A stretch of DNA of 64,000 nt from Ostreococcus lucimarinus (lineage: Eukaryota): NCBI GenBank assembly GCA_000092065.1, contig CP000581.1. One strand, written 5' to 3'. This document shows, piece by piece, positions 53,576 to 63,967 of this stretch; position 1 is the first letter of the stretch; the number at the start of each line of letters is the position of its first letter. The position numbers and the translations under genes are program-made. A model generated the notes under the pieces. The model was given only the letters and a program-made list of their open reading frames with translations, was not told where the DNA came from and did not search any database.

Positions 53576-56176
53576 ATGACGAGCGTGAACGTGAACGTGC
53601 AAGGGAGCGATGAGGTGCGAAGGAGGTTTCAGTCTTTTTTGAACGAGTACGTCTACGACGCAAGCGCGGATGCGCCCGACGATGGAGTGCTCGCCAGTCC
53701 GGGTGTTCGAGATGATGCAAGAAGGAATCAGCGACGAGTGTACGTGGAGCAGTTGGAGTACATGGACTCTAAGACGACGTTGACGGTTGATTTTTCACAC
53801 TTGATGGACTACGACAACGAACTCGGTGCCGAGGCGGTGCAGGCGAACTTTTACATGTATCAGCCGTTCTTGAACGAGGCGGTGGGATTATTTGTACGAG
53901 AACATCGACCGGAATTGGTAAGGTACGATGGTGGCGTGGAAAAAGAGTTTTGGGTGAAGTTTTTCAACTTGCCTCGAGTCGATCGGTTACGAAGTTTGAA
54001 GGCAAACAACATCGGGCAACTTTCGAGCTTTAGCGGGACAGTGACGCGCACGTCGGACGTTCGACCGGAGTTGTTGATGGGGTGCTTCAAATGTGGCGAG
54101 TGTGGAACCCTGGTGCCGAATGTGGAGCAGCAGTGTCGGTATACGGAACCGTCAATCTGCCTCAACGAAGTTTGCGGCAACAGAAACAAGTGGACCCTGG
54201 AGCGAGAGGGGTGCAAGTTTGTGGATTGGCAAAGAGTGCGTGTACAAGAGAACGCGGACGAGGTCCCGGCTGGCTCATTGCCAAGAAGCATGGACGTCAT
54301 ACTTCGACACGAAATCGTCGAAGAAGCGCGAGCCGGTGACAAGGCTGTGTTCACTGGCACTTTGCTCGTTGTGCCAGAGGTCGCCCCAAAGAACATGGCG
54401 GGCGATCGCACCGAGCTCCAATCTTCGGCCAAGGGACGAAGCGATGGTATTACGGGCTTGCGTCAGTTAGGTTGCCGAGAACTCTTCTATCGCATGGTTT
54501 TTGTCGCGCAAAGCGTCGTGAACACGGCCGAGCCAAGTGGCGGCGGTGCGGTAGATATTCGCGGCGATGACGAGGAAGAAGTTGTCAAAACCTTTTCTTC
54601 GCAAGAAAAGCGCGAGATCACGCAAATGGCGCAAGATCCGCACTTGTACGACAAGTTTGTGCGCTCTATCGCTCCTACTGTGCACGGACACAGCGATATC
54701 AAGCGTGCCATCACCCTTATGTTATTCGGTGGCGTTCACAAGAGTACTGGTCAGACGAATTTGCGGGGAGACATCAACGTGTTGATCGTGGGTGATCCAT
54801 CCTGCGCGAAAAGTCAGTTCCTGAAGTATGTCACCGCATTCTTACCGCGCGCCGTGTATACTTCAGGCAAGAGCTCTTCTGCGGCTGGTTTGACGGCAAC
54901 TGTCGCTAAAGATATCGAAACTGGTGAATATTGTATCGAAGCCGGCGCGCTCATGCTCGCCGATAACGGTATTTGCTGCATCGATGAATTTGATAAGATG
55001 GACGTGAAAGACCAAGTCGCCATTCACGAGGCGATGGAGCAACAGACCATCAGTATTGCTAAAGCAGGCATTCAAGCGACGTTGAACGCGAGGACGAGTA
55101 TTTTGGCCGCCGCGAATCCAAACGGCGGACGTTACGATCGAAGCAAAAAGTTGCGACATAACTTGTCGCTTCCTCCGGCTATTTTGTCTCGTTTTGATTT
55201 AGTTCACGTCATGATCGATGAACCGGATGAGTTCCACGACTACACGTTGGCTCGACACATCGTGAGCTTGCATCAAAAGCGTGAAACCGCCGTGGAAGTT
55301 GATTTTTCGTTGGAGCAGCTTCAACGTTACATCCGATACGCGCGCACAATCAAACCGAGAATGACGCCGGAAGCTCAGAAAGAAATCGTGGATGCGTACG
55401 TGAAACTGCGTCGGGGTGATAGCCAGCCAGGTACGCAAACAGCGTACAGAATCACCGTTCGTCAGCTCGAGGCAATCGTCCGTCTGTCTGAGGCTCTCGC
55501 GCGATTGCACTGCCGGGCGGAAGTGCATCCGAAGCACGTGAGAGAAGCGAGACGACTTTTGTCCGAGTCCATCATCGCTGTCGAGGCTCGCGATTTGACA
55601 CTCGACGCGGATGACATGGAGCTCGAGAACGACATCAGTGATCCCATCCTTCCCGAAGAAGTTCTCGAGAGCTTGCGAGCTAAGCGACGCGAGCAAGAAC
55701 GTCAAGCAAAAGCGCAAGAGAAAGGAGAGGATGCGGCTGACGGCGAGGACATGGCCCCCGCTGAACCCGAGCCTGTAGCTGAGAAGCGAACGACCACGGT
55801 GAGTTCCGAAAGGTACAATCAGGTCAAACACATTCTCCTGCGCCACATGCGCCAACGCGAGCGCGACAGCGAAGATGGCGCCGAAGCTGGTATGCTCCAG
55901 AAAGATTTAATCAGCTGGTACATCGACGAGCAAGTCGTACCCTCGGGCGTTTCCGATCCCGAGGACCTCTTAGCCGAATACAAACTGGTGCGCAACATCA
56001 TCAAGCATCTCATCAACCGAGAGCAAACGCTCTTGGTCGTGCAAGAGGCGCAACCTGCGCCTTTGCTCGCCGAAGACGACGCAGCATTGGATCCCGCCGC
56101 CGTCGCTGCTCGCGAGCGCCAGCGCATCATTGAGGAGCGCGTGCTCGCCATCAACCCCAACTTTGATTTCGAATAG
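53576..56176 (+). CDS. MCM6: DNA replication licensing factor MCM6
   Basis: Zn finger CFKCGECGTLV...CLNEVCGNRNKW. OB-fold region FVDWQRVRVQENADEVPAGSLPRSMDVILRHEIVEEARAGDKAVFTGTLLVVPEV. GDPSCAKSQFLKYV (Walker A), CCIDEFDKMD (Walker B), SRFDL (Arg finger). C-terminal ...NPNFDFE as in MCM6 (NPNYLLED). Confidence 0.9.
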   Translation: MTSVNVNVQGSDEVRRRFQSFLNEYVYDASADAPDDGVLASPGVRDDARRNQRRVYVEQLEYMDSKTTLTVDFSHLMDYDNELGAEAVQANFYMYQPFLNEAVGLFVREHRPELVRYDGGVEKEFWVKFFNLPRVDRLRSLKANNIGQLSSFSGTVTRTSDVRPELLMGCFKCGECGTLVPNVEQQCRYTEPSICLNEVCGNRNKWTLEREGCKFVDWQRVRVQENADEVPAGSLPRSMDVILRHEIVEEARAGDKAVFTGTLLVVPEVAPKNMAGDRTELQSSAKGRSDGITGLRQLGCRELFYRMVFVAQSVVNTAEPSGGGAVDIRGDDEEEVVKTFSSQEKREITQMAQDPHLYDKFVRSIAPTVHGHSDIKRAITLMLFGGVHKSTGQTNLRGDINVLIVGDPSCAKSQFLKYVTAFLPRAVYTSGKSSSAAGLTATVAKDIETGEYCIEAGALMLADNGICCIDEFDKMDVKDQVAIHEAMEQQTISIAKAGIQATLNARTSILAAANPNGGRYDRSKKLRHNLSLPPAILSRFDLVHVMIDEPDEFHDYTLARHIVSLHQKRETAVEVDFSLEQLQRYIRYARTIKPRMTPEAQKEIVDAYVKLRRGDSQPGTQTAYRITVRQLEAIVRLSEALARLHCRAEVHPKHVREARRLLSESIIAVEARDLTLDADDMELENDISDPILPEEVLESLRAKRREQERQAKAQEKGEDAADGEDMAPAEPEPVAEKRTTTVSSERYNQVKHILLRHMRQRERDSEDGAEAGMLQKDLISWYIDEQVVPSGVSDPEDLLAEYKLVRNIIKHLINREQTLLVVQEAQPAPLLAEDDAALDPAAVAARERQRIIEERVLAINPNFDFE

Positions 56177-56312
56177 GCCATCGTTTGTACATAGTGATTC
56201 CATCATAACTCCTGAACTTTTCCGTCGCCTGGGCCTCGCGCGTGGGTCACCTAATCATCACACGGCGACGCGCGCGCTCGGCGACCCGGGAGCGCTCCAG
56301 CCCTCGGTTTGA

Positions 56313-59300
56313 ATGGACCACACCGAGGATGCGGCAACAACAACCGTCTCCCTCGAGCGTCTCGTCAAGCTCGAGCGTGACAACGCGTTGATGTTGAGTT
56401 TCATTCTCGACGACAAACGCCTCGAGTTCAATCTACCGCCAGGAACGTCGATGGATGACGTGAACTACGGCGCGGTGAACGTCCAAGACGTAATCGAGCG
56501 ACTACGACGTAACGAGCGCGTAGACTTGAGCGGGGTGCTCACGGCGTCCGCGGCGACGAAACGAGCAGGAGGGGACGCCGCAACGCAAGAAACGAGCGCG
56601 TGCGCGCCGAAGCGGCTGGAACGGAGCAAAGCGATTTCCAACGAATCGTCGACGGCGAAAAATTCGACTAATCCGTTCGAAAACATGGTGAATGTTGGTG
56701 TGAGCGATGGTATGGGTACGGCAGTAGCAACGGTAGAGGCGAAAAAAGCAGACGAGACGACCGCGGTCTTTACGCTCGACAAAGCGCCGTCGTGCGCAAG
56801 CTCTGGCGAACTGAAGTTACCAGATTTGTATTCGGCTCTCAGCGTTACAGATTTACGCGAACTGGCGTTTGAAATTGTTTGCTCGGTACAGATGGACGAA
56901 GAGCAGTTAGAAACGGCTCGCATCGCCTTAGATATCGACCAGGAACTTGCTGACAAGATTCAAAAGCATTCTGAGAAATTCGCGCCAGCCATCAAAGAGG
57001 AGGGGATCTCAGCGCGTATCCATCTGCGCGCGATGATATCCGCGATAGAGCATTTTAATGGCCCTCTCGGCGAGGGTGAGCAGTTTTTCAAGAAGCGTTG
57101 TCGCGCAGCATGCGAGCTGTTGTGGGCGCGTCATTGCTCTGAGCAAAACGCGAGTGCGAGCAAGAAGACAGCAGCGAAGCATGATTCAGACGACGATACT
57201 CCGAATCTTACGACACAAAACGTATTGTCCGAGATAAACAGAATGTTGACGCTTCCTGAAGTCGACGCCACATGGGTCGAGTCGGCGATTGAGATGATTG
57301 AATCCGTAATCGAAAGCGAAAAGAACGGTTTTGGGTACCCTGGCATCTTTGGTATGAAGTTATACGTCGAACTTTTAAGCGCAGTCTTTGACCAGGTGGA
57401 AGATTACACTCTGGCATACGATGCAACGACCATCATTGACAGCTTTCAACCCGTGGCATGCGCTTTGGGTTTGACAGATGAAACTTCTAGAGGTGTGATG
57501 CTGGCGTTTGCCGTAGTCAGGCAAGCGATCGCAGCCATGAAAGACGTGGGAATAGACTACGACGAAGGATCACCAGCGCTGGCTCTTTTATCAAAAGCGA
57601 GAGATAGTTTGCATCGTACGGAGACGAAAATGTCGCCGGCGGTTGCTTCAGCGGTGAGTTCTATTCTGAGCTGGGGCAGATTCATGCTGCACGACTTCAT
57701 GCACACCGTCGCGCCACCAGCGACACACGATGATCGTGACATCCTGATGATCGATCCAGAGGTGTTTGACGTTATTGTTGACATCACTTACGACACAGCG
57801 CAAATGTTGGGTCTAGATGGTGTCGCTATTTTGAAGGATGCTTGTCAAAAGTCTGCGTGCGCAGAGTATGATCGCGTTCGCACCGCTGCGATGGAGGATG
57901 CGAATGTACAAGGCGGTGATGCAACGTGTACCTCCCTCCGAACGATCGCTCAAACGACAGCACACAGCGCCGATCAGTTCTCTGCGCATCTAGAACGGTA
58001 CATAGTGACCTCCCCTGGAATGAGTTCCAACGTGACGGGATGCTTTGCTGCTCAACTCGGCGACCGCTTCAAGAAAGATTTATACGCTTGGCTCGAGTCA
58101 GGACCGCAACTCAATGTTCAATCTTTAGAGACTATATGGACGGTTGGTGATCTACAAAACGCACTCGTCGCTACTGGTGGTGATGCGGTCGAGCCCATGG
58201 CGTTAGATGAGCGCACGTCTGTTCTCGTGTTCACTTGGCTGAATGTGAAAATTGACGATTTAAACACCATCGTCGATCGATGCATCTCGACCGAGAGATG
58301 GAAAGTAAACAAGGATAGCGCTCCCGTTCCGAGTGCAGTCGACTTTTTACGAGCCGTGAACGAGACGTTGGATGGTTTTTTCTCGTTGAAAATCCCTGCG
58401 CACGTGAGCGCTTTGAGAGCGCTGACTGAGGGCATCGACGCCGCTGTGCGAAAGTATTCAAGGTCTGCCGTTCAATCGCTCGGTTCGGCTGAAGAGATCG
58501 TGCCGCCAATACCTACTATGACACGGTACAAAAAGGCTATAGTCGACGATCTCCACAACAATTTCAAGTCCGAAGAACCGCCACGATTTTCTTTTGAAGA
58601 AGGATGCGTCGGTGCGTCGACGCTGCGTTTGACTTCACTGAAATTCCTCATGGATAAGATGTACTTGCTTGAGCAAGAAATCATTCCGAAGTGGAAAAGT
58701 ATGCAACGTTCTGCGTCACTGCTGACTCATCCCAACGCGGAACACGTCGTGCCGAGTGCAGATTGGTTTGAAGGCATGATGGCTGGGGCGAGACAGGCGC
58801 TTCGCCAGAGCATGAGTCAAATAGCGAACCACATGGCGTACAGCGTTATCTATCGGGATTTGAGCGGCGCAATTCTACATAACATCTATGCGCAAGGCGT
58901 TCATAGAAGTTCGCACAACATCAGCACTGAGATATTGCCGTACTTGGATGGCGTCTTGGGTTACGTAGCCGTGCGACTGGACAGTCAGACTCGAAACGCG
59001 GTTGGCTCTTTTTTGCTACAAGCCACGGTCTCGGGATGGATGCGTGTGTTGTTGAACGGTGGGCCGAGTCGTGTGTTCGTTGCAAACGATGTTGAGCTTT
59101 TAGAAGAAGAAATAGAAATTCTTCGAGACTTTTTCATCGCGGGAGGCAACGGCTTGGACGTCGCCGAAGTCACCGCTCGCATCACGCCGATGTCCGCCAT
59201 TCTGTCCATGATGAGCCTCTCCACGGACGACTTGTGCCAAAATTACACCGATTTGAGTCAAAAAGAGATGCACACGCCGGTGTCAAACGCGGACGACACC

Positions 59301-59438
59301 GATATCATAAATATCCACACCGCCGACGTCGTCTTGCGAGTGCTCTGCCACCGCGCAGAACACTCGGCGAGCAAGTGGATCAAGGCACACTTTTCCATAC
59401 GCAAAACGGAATCTGCCGGCATGTTCGGTTTCATGTAG
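56313..59438 (+). CDS. Large conserved protein, probably a Munc13-homology (DUF810/MHD1-MHD2) tethering factor
   Basis: 1041 aa, largely alpha-helical. The C-terminal segment LEEEIEILRDFFIAGGNGLDVAEV... matches the MHD2-type motif (DL..L.dfF.a.G.GL) of plant unc-13 homologs. The assignment is from recall only. Confidence 0.4.
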   Translation: MDHTEDAATTTVSLERLVKLERDNALMLSFILDDKRLEFNLPPGTSMDDVNYGAVNVQDVIERLRRNERVDLSGVLTASAATKRAGGDAATQETSACAPKRLERSKAISNESSTAKNSTNPFENMVNVGVSDGMGTAVATVEAKKADETTAVFTLDKAPSCASSGELKLPDLYSALSVTDLRELAFEIVCSVQMDEEQLETARIALDIDQELADKIQKHSEKFAPAIKEEGISARIHLRAMISAIEHFNGPLGEGEQFFKKRCRAACELLWARHCSEQNASASKKTAAKHDSDDDTPNLTTQNVLSEINRMLTLPEVDATWVESAIEMIESVIESEKNGFGYPGIFGMKLYVELLSAVFDQVEDYTLAYDATTIIDSFQPVACALGLTDETSRGVMLAFAVVRQAIAAMKDVGIDYDEGSPALALLSKARDSLHRTETKMSPAVASAVSSILSWGRFMLHDFMHTVAPPATHDDRDILMIDPEVFDVIVDITYDTAQMLGLDGVAILKDACQKSACAEYDRVRTAAMEDANVQGGDATCTSLRTIAQTTAHSADQFSAHLERYIVTSPGMSSNVTGCFAAQLGDRFKKDLYAWLESGPQLNVQSLETIWTVGDLQNALVATGGDAVEPMALDERTSVLVFTWLNVKIDDLNTIVDRCISTERWKVNKDSAPVPSAVDFLRAVNETLDGFFSLKIPAHVSALRALTEGIDAAVRKYSRSAVQSLGSAEEIVPPIPTMTRYKKAIVDDLHNNFKSEEPPRFSFEEGCVGASTLRLTSLKFLMDKMYLLEQEIIPKWKSMQRSASLLTHPNAEHVVPSADWFEGMMAGARQALRQSMSQIANHMAYSVIYRDLSGAILHNIYAQGVHRSSHNISTEILPYLDGVLGYVAVRLDSQTRNAVGSFLLQATVSGWMRVLLNGGPSRVFVANDVELLEEEIEILRDFFIAGGNGLDVAEVTARITPMSAILSMMSLSTDDLCQNYTDLSQKEMHTPVSNADDTDIINIHTADVVLRVLCHRAEHSASKWIKAHFSIRKTESAGMFGFM

Positions 59439-59598
59439 TCGTCATCATTTCCACGCCTATTCTCGATTCGTAGACGACGACGACGCGTCGTCGCGCTCGC
59501 CGAGGAAGAAATAGATAGAAATAGAAATCCCAAGTCTTGCGAAAGCAGCAAAGCTTCGTCGACCGACCGCGAACACCATTCTTTGACGCCCGCGCGCG

Positions 59599-61188
59599 AT
59601 GGAGTCGAAGCCGCTGCTCGACGTCGTCACCGTGCGTGACGACAGCGATGACGGATCGATCGATCACGCGCACGTCGCGCCGTCGCGCGCGATCCGTCGA
59701 CGGACGAAGTGCGTCGCCTTTGCGTGCGTGACCCTGCTCTTGAGTGCGTTCGTCTTCCTGATGGCGCACGACGCGGTGCGATCGGAATCGTTAGGGCGCA
59801 CGAACTCGGTGGCGTGGTTCAAAACGATGCTCTCTGGCGCTCCGTCGACGGATGTCGAAGCTGGGGGCGATGGAAACGCGAGCACAGCGCAAGGAAAGGG
59901 TGCGGCGCTCGGTCAATCGAGGGTGTTGACGCCGACGAAGGCGTTGACGAGGCAGATGGTGTTGGTAGAGGAGACGCGGAACGTGCCGATGAAGGATAGA
60001 TCGGTCGTCGAAGTAACGCGATCATACGATGGTCGCCGAGTGCGAGTGCCAACGTTTTTGGAAAAGTGGGCGACGGCGCCGTTTTGGGAAGACAACGCGT
60101 ACCTCAACGTGCACGAGAGTCCGAATTCAGAGACGGGAAAGCTTTTCGTCAGTGGACACTCGACGGATATGGGGAAATACGCCAACGTGTGGTTGGCGTC
60201 GGCCACGCATTGGGGGTTGCCGGCGAGAATTACCGGTCACGGGACGACCTGGAACAACTGGGAGGATAAGACAATGGGTTTGAGGACAGATTTAGAACAC
60301 ATGAGCGGCAATCCCGTCGTCGTCGTGAGCGACACGGGCGATGTTTTCTTCTCGTGTGGGCAAGACGAGTTGCTCAAACGATTCGAAGACAGTGGAGCGG
60401 ATATGCTTGTTAGTGGAGAGACGCAACTGTACCCGGAAGTCATGAGTTATTACGAGTTTCGCGACGACATTGACTGGATGGATAAGCACAACAATATGGG
60501 TGAAATCGGTCGAGTCGCTGAAGGCGAGCCGTTCCGCGGCGGCATTCCTGGTGACCCACGCGCATTCCGTTGGCCCAACGCCGGCTTGATGATGGGTCGC
60601 AAAGATGCACTGCTCAAGTATTTCGACTATCTCGAAGATAGTTTTGTCGAGACGGAGAATCTCTCAGGCGAGCGACGCTTTCGAAGCACGTGCAAGGCGT
60701 TTCAGCACACCGATGCACAAGCAAAGGAGGAGCGTATGAACGATGGATTTTACGACGATCAGCTTTGTTTGGCCTCGTACGCCATGTCTCGCATCGCCGA
60801 CCGCGATCCAAAATTCAAAATCGACCTCGACGGGTCGATCCTCCACTCTCCCGGAGCGATGGATATGCGACTGATGCGCCGAGATGAAAAAACTGGCCGC
60901 GTGTACAACGCCGAGACCGGGAAATCGCCATGCGCGTGGCATTTCAACACCGCCAACGCCAAAACTCATTTATCGATGGCCGTGGAAAAGTTCCCAAACT
61001 ATTTCGTCTCCGAGAACGTTGGAAACGAAATCCTGGGCCGGGAATTCGAGCCCGCGCTCGGCGCAGTCCCGACGCCGCCGCCGAAGTCCAAAAAGAAATC
61101 GTCCAAAAAGTCGAAGAAGCGATCCCACGTCGTCGTCGTCGACGACGACGACGACGACCCCTTCGACTTTGACCTCAACCTCGCGTGA
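59599..61188 (+). CDS. Type II membrane glycosyltransferase with an LH3/PLOD-type GT-A domain (hydroxylysine/hydroxyproline-glycan glycosyltransferase-like)
   Basis: N-terminal cytosolic tail plus one TM (CVAFACVTLLLSAFVFLMA). The lumenal domain aligns to the human LH3 N-terminal GT domain: NPVVVVSDTGDVFFSCGQDELLKRFEDSGADMLVSGETQLYPE~[45 protein letters not shown], plus downstream conserved blocks. Basic/acidic low-complexity C-terminus. Confidence 0.65.
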   Translation: MESKPLLDVVTVRDDSDDGSIDHAHVAPSRAIRRRTKCVAFACVTLLLSAFVFLMAHDAVRSESLGRTNSVAWFKTMLSGAPSTDVEAGGDGNASTAQGKGAALGQSRVLTPTKALTRQMVLVEETRNVPMKDRSVVEVTRSYDGRRVRVPTFLEKWATAPFWEDNAYLNVHESPNSETGKLFVSGHSTDMGKYANVWLASATHWGLPARITGHGTTWNNWEDKTMGLRTDLEHMSGNPVVVVSDTGDVFFSCGQDELLKRFEDSGADMLVSGETQLYPEVMSYYEFRDDIDWMDKHNNMGEIGRVAEGEPFRGGIPGDPRAFRWPNAGLMMGRKDALLKYFDYLEDSFVETENLSGERRFRSTCKAFQHTDAQAKEERMNDGFYDDQLCLASYAMSRIADRDPKFKIDLDGSILHSPGAMDMRLMRRDEKTGRVYNAETGKSPCAWHFNTANAKTHLSMAVEKFPNYFVSENVGNEILGREFEPALGAVPTPPPKSKKKSSKKSKKRSHVVVVDDDDDDPFDFDLNLA

Positions 61189-61343
61189 CTCGCTTAGTTT
61201 CATAGCACCATTAGTACGATTCCAAACAAAAGCAACCGCGAGCGCGCTCCACATTTTTAAACCCGAAAAGTCGGCTGTCGTCCAGATGGAATTTTTCGAA
61301 TACCGCACACCGCGCCGTCGGCCGAACGCGCTGACCGTCGCGC

Positions 61344-63299
61344 GTGACGCGAAGTGACGTAACATCGCAACGCACCGTGACGCATCGCAGCATGACGCAG
61401 AACGACGCCGTCGACGCGCTCGTGACGGACCCACTGGGATTCATCCAGCGCGCGTTCGCTCGATCGACGACGACGACGACGACGAAGCCGACCGATGAGG
61501 ATTGGGGCGTGCGCGAGACCGCGCTTGAACTCACACGATGCGAGGAAAAGTTCAACGCGCTGCCGGAGATTAACGCGCACGGCGGGGTGGAGACGATTCA
61601 AAACAACGCCCTGGTTCGGTTTCGCGGCTTGGTGCAGGACATGTACGAGCCGGAGTACTACGTCGGGGCGTATGAACGCGCGAATGGGGACGAGAAGACG
61701 TGGGTGACGACGAAATATGCGGAATCAACGATGGATGACGTGAACGGAGGGATCGGAGAGAGCGTACTGTTCGAGAGACGCGTGCTGTATTGCGTGCCGG
61801 TGCCGGGCGAACGGCGGTGGGTGGGCGAACGCGAGCGGGCGACGATGAACGAGCGGGCGGCTAGTGAAGATGCACACGGGGAGAAGCGAGCGCGAGAGGA
61901 GGAAGCACATATGGACGTGTGTGCGGATGCGAACGTGATGACGCCGACGACGGGGACGGCGATGTTGATTAGACCGGACATTGAACGCGTGAAAAAGGCG
62001 AGCGCGGGGGATCGCACGGCGCCGGATACTCCGGAACAGATTGGTGAAGAAGAGGTCCACGAGGAATCGCTCGATCAGTTGCTAAACTTTCCTCTTATTC
62101 CTGAGTCGCGTTCGCCGTGCATTGTGAAGTTGTACGGCGAAACGGACGACTCACTGAAGTTGAACGACGTCGTAGAATTTGTCGGCATGCTGTACTATGC
62201 GCCAGAACTCGGAGTCGAGAAACGGGATCAGCAGATGGAAGACAGCCCGAACGCCGCTTTGTACGCGTCATCGGCGTTTCCCGAGGAAGATGCGTCCAAG
62301 AATCCGGTGACGAGTTTGGTTCCTAGATTCCACGCCTTGGCGTACAAGGTGACGTCCCAGAATAAATTTGTCAACTCGACGCCGGTGGAACGCTTCAGTG
62401 AAACCGAAATGGAAACTTCGCACAAGCTCTCGCCAGAGCAGGTTAATTCGGCGCGCTCTAAATTACTGGATATCCTTACTAACGTCCTCGGTGGTGATGT
62501 TTTTGCAGCGGAGTTGGTGTTGATGACGTTGATTTCGCGCGTCCACACGCGAACGGACATGCTCACATTGGGTAAGTTTTCTGTCAACCTCACCGGATGT
62601 AAATTGGATTCGTGCGAAACGGGAACGATATCTGAAATGCTGTCTACTGTGATCGGTCAGGTGTGCCCGAGCACTGCACACCTTCCCGTGACAGTACCCG
62701 CGCTTAACGCACGCTCGTGGTCGCCGAAGAAGGATTACGTGTACAACCGTCTTCGCTCTGGTCCGTTGCAACTTGCCGCGAGCACAGTTTTGCTATTGGA
62801 CGAGACCAAACTGGAGGCCGGTACTTTGACTGAGATTGGCATTCGAAACGTCGATGCGCTGAAGTCGCTGTCTACGTTGCAAGATCTCGAGTACGATTTT
62901 CAGTATCATCAGATGCGAATGCCCGTGGACGTTCCGCTCATCATCTTGTCCGACACGAAGAGCATCATTCCGGCGGACGTTATCGTACCTTTGCGACGCG
63001 TGCGTCAGCCGAAAGTCATCGAAACCACCGAAGATGAACTTGCAATCATGCGTGCCTTCGTCTCCGGAGCTCGCATGACTAAGCACACGATCTCTGAACA
63101 AACATCTGCGGACATCGAAACCGAAATCGTCGCCGCTCGCAAAAACGACAAGGCGTTGACGCAAGAAGTTTTACATTTGCTGCTCACCATGGCGCGTCTC
63201 CACGCCCTCGCCCTCGGAGGTTCAGAAGTCACGAAGCAGACGTGGATCGAAACCGTCGAAATCAATCGCCGTGTCGCCGAACGGAATCGCGTCGTTTAG
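61344..63299 (+). CDS. MCMBP: MCM-binding protein (MCMBP/ETG1)
   Basis: [20 protein letters not shown]~[35 protein letters not shown]~[26 protein letters not shown]~[23 protein letters not shown]~DYDFSYHQMEFP (human MCMBP). Confidence 0.85.
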   Translation: [651 protein letters not shown]

Positions 63300-63388
63300 C
63301 AGGTTGTCAACGTTGTCGCTTCCCCACGACCGTCATTGTCCCGCGCGTGTGCGCCCGTCTCGCGCGTGTTGAACGCACCGACGCACGC

Positions 63389-63967
63389 ATGACGTCTTCA
63401 CACCTTCGTCGCGCCATCTCGCGTCTCGCGCTCCGCGTCTCGTCCTCTATCGTCGTCGCGCGCGCGGCGACAACGCGCGACGTCTTGCACACGTCGTGTG
63501 CCACGTGGACGCCGCGACACGACCGCGTGTGGCGCTCGACGCGCCCGTTCGCGTCCGACGTCGATCGACCGGCATCGTCTGTGACGGCAGAGGAACCGAA
63601 AGACGTCGAAGACGCCTCACCATCGACGCCGAACGCGAGAAAAGATTTATACATGATGTTCACGTGCGGGCGGTGCGACGCGCGCGCTGCGAGAGGATTC
63701 AGTCGCCAAGCGTACGAAAACGGCGTCGTCATCGTGACTTGCCCGGGATGTCAAGCGAAACACGTCGTCGCCGATCGAATGGGATGGTTCGGCGAGCCGG
63801 GGAGCGTGGAGGATTTCATCGCGCAAAAGGCGGACGCGGAGGATGGCGAAGGCGGCGTCGCGCGCGGATCGATGAAACTCGTCGAAGGCGAAGATGGGAC
63901 GTTAGAGATAGATAAGAGTGAGCTCGAAGAGTGGTTGAAGAAGTTCACCGCGAGTAAAGGCGCGTAG
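63389..63967 (+). CDS. DNL-type zinc-finger protein (Hsp70 escort protein Hep1/Zim17/Tim15-like) with an organellar presequence
   Basis: MFTCGRCDARAARGFSRQAYENGVVIVTCPGCQAKHVVADRMGWF is the zf-DNL signature. Start at MTSSHLRRAISRLALRV... (amphipathic presequence), which lies after the MCMBP stop. Confidence 0.75.
   Translation: MTSSHLRRAISRLALRVSSSIVVARAATTRDVLHTSCATWTPRHDRVWRSTRPFASDVDRPASSVTAEEPKDVEDASPSTPNARKDLYMMFTCGRCDARAARGFSRQAYENGVVIVTCPGCQAKHVVADRMGWFGEPGSVEDFIAQKADAEDGEGGVARGSMKLVEGEDGTLEIDKSELEEWLKKFTASKGA

Noticed and set aside
52791-53720. 309-aa minus ORF
   Set aside because: Antisense to the QNG1 / MCM6 promoter region. Arg-rich artefact. It overlaps the MCM6 start.
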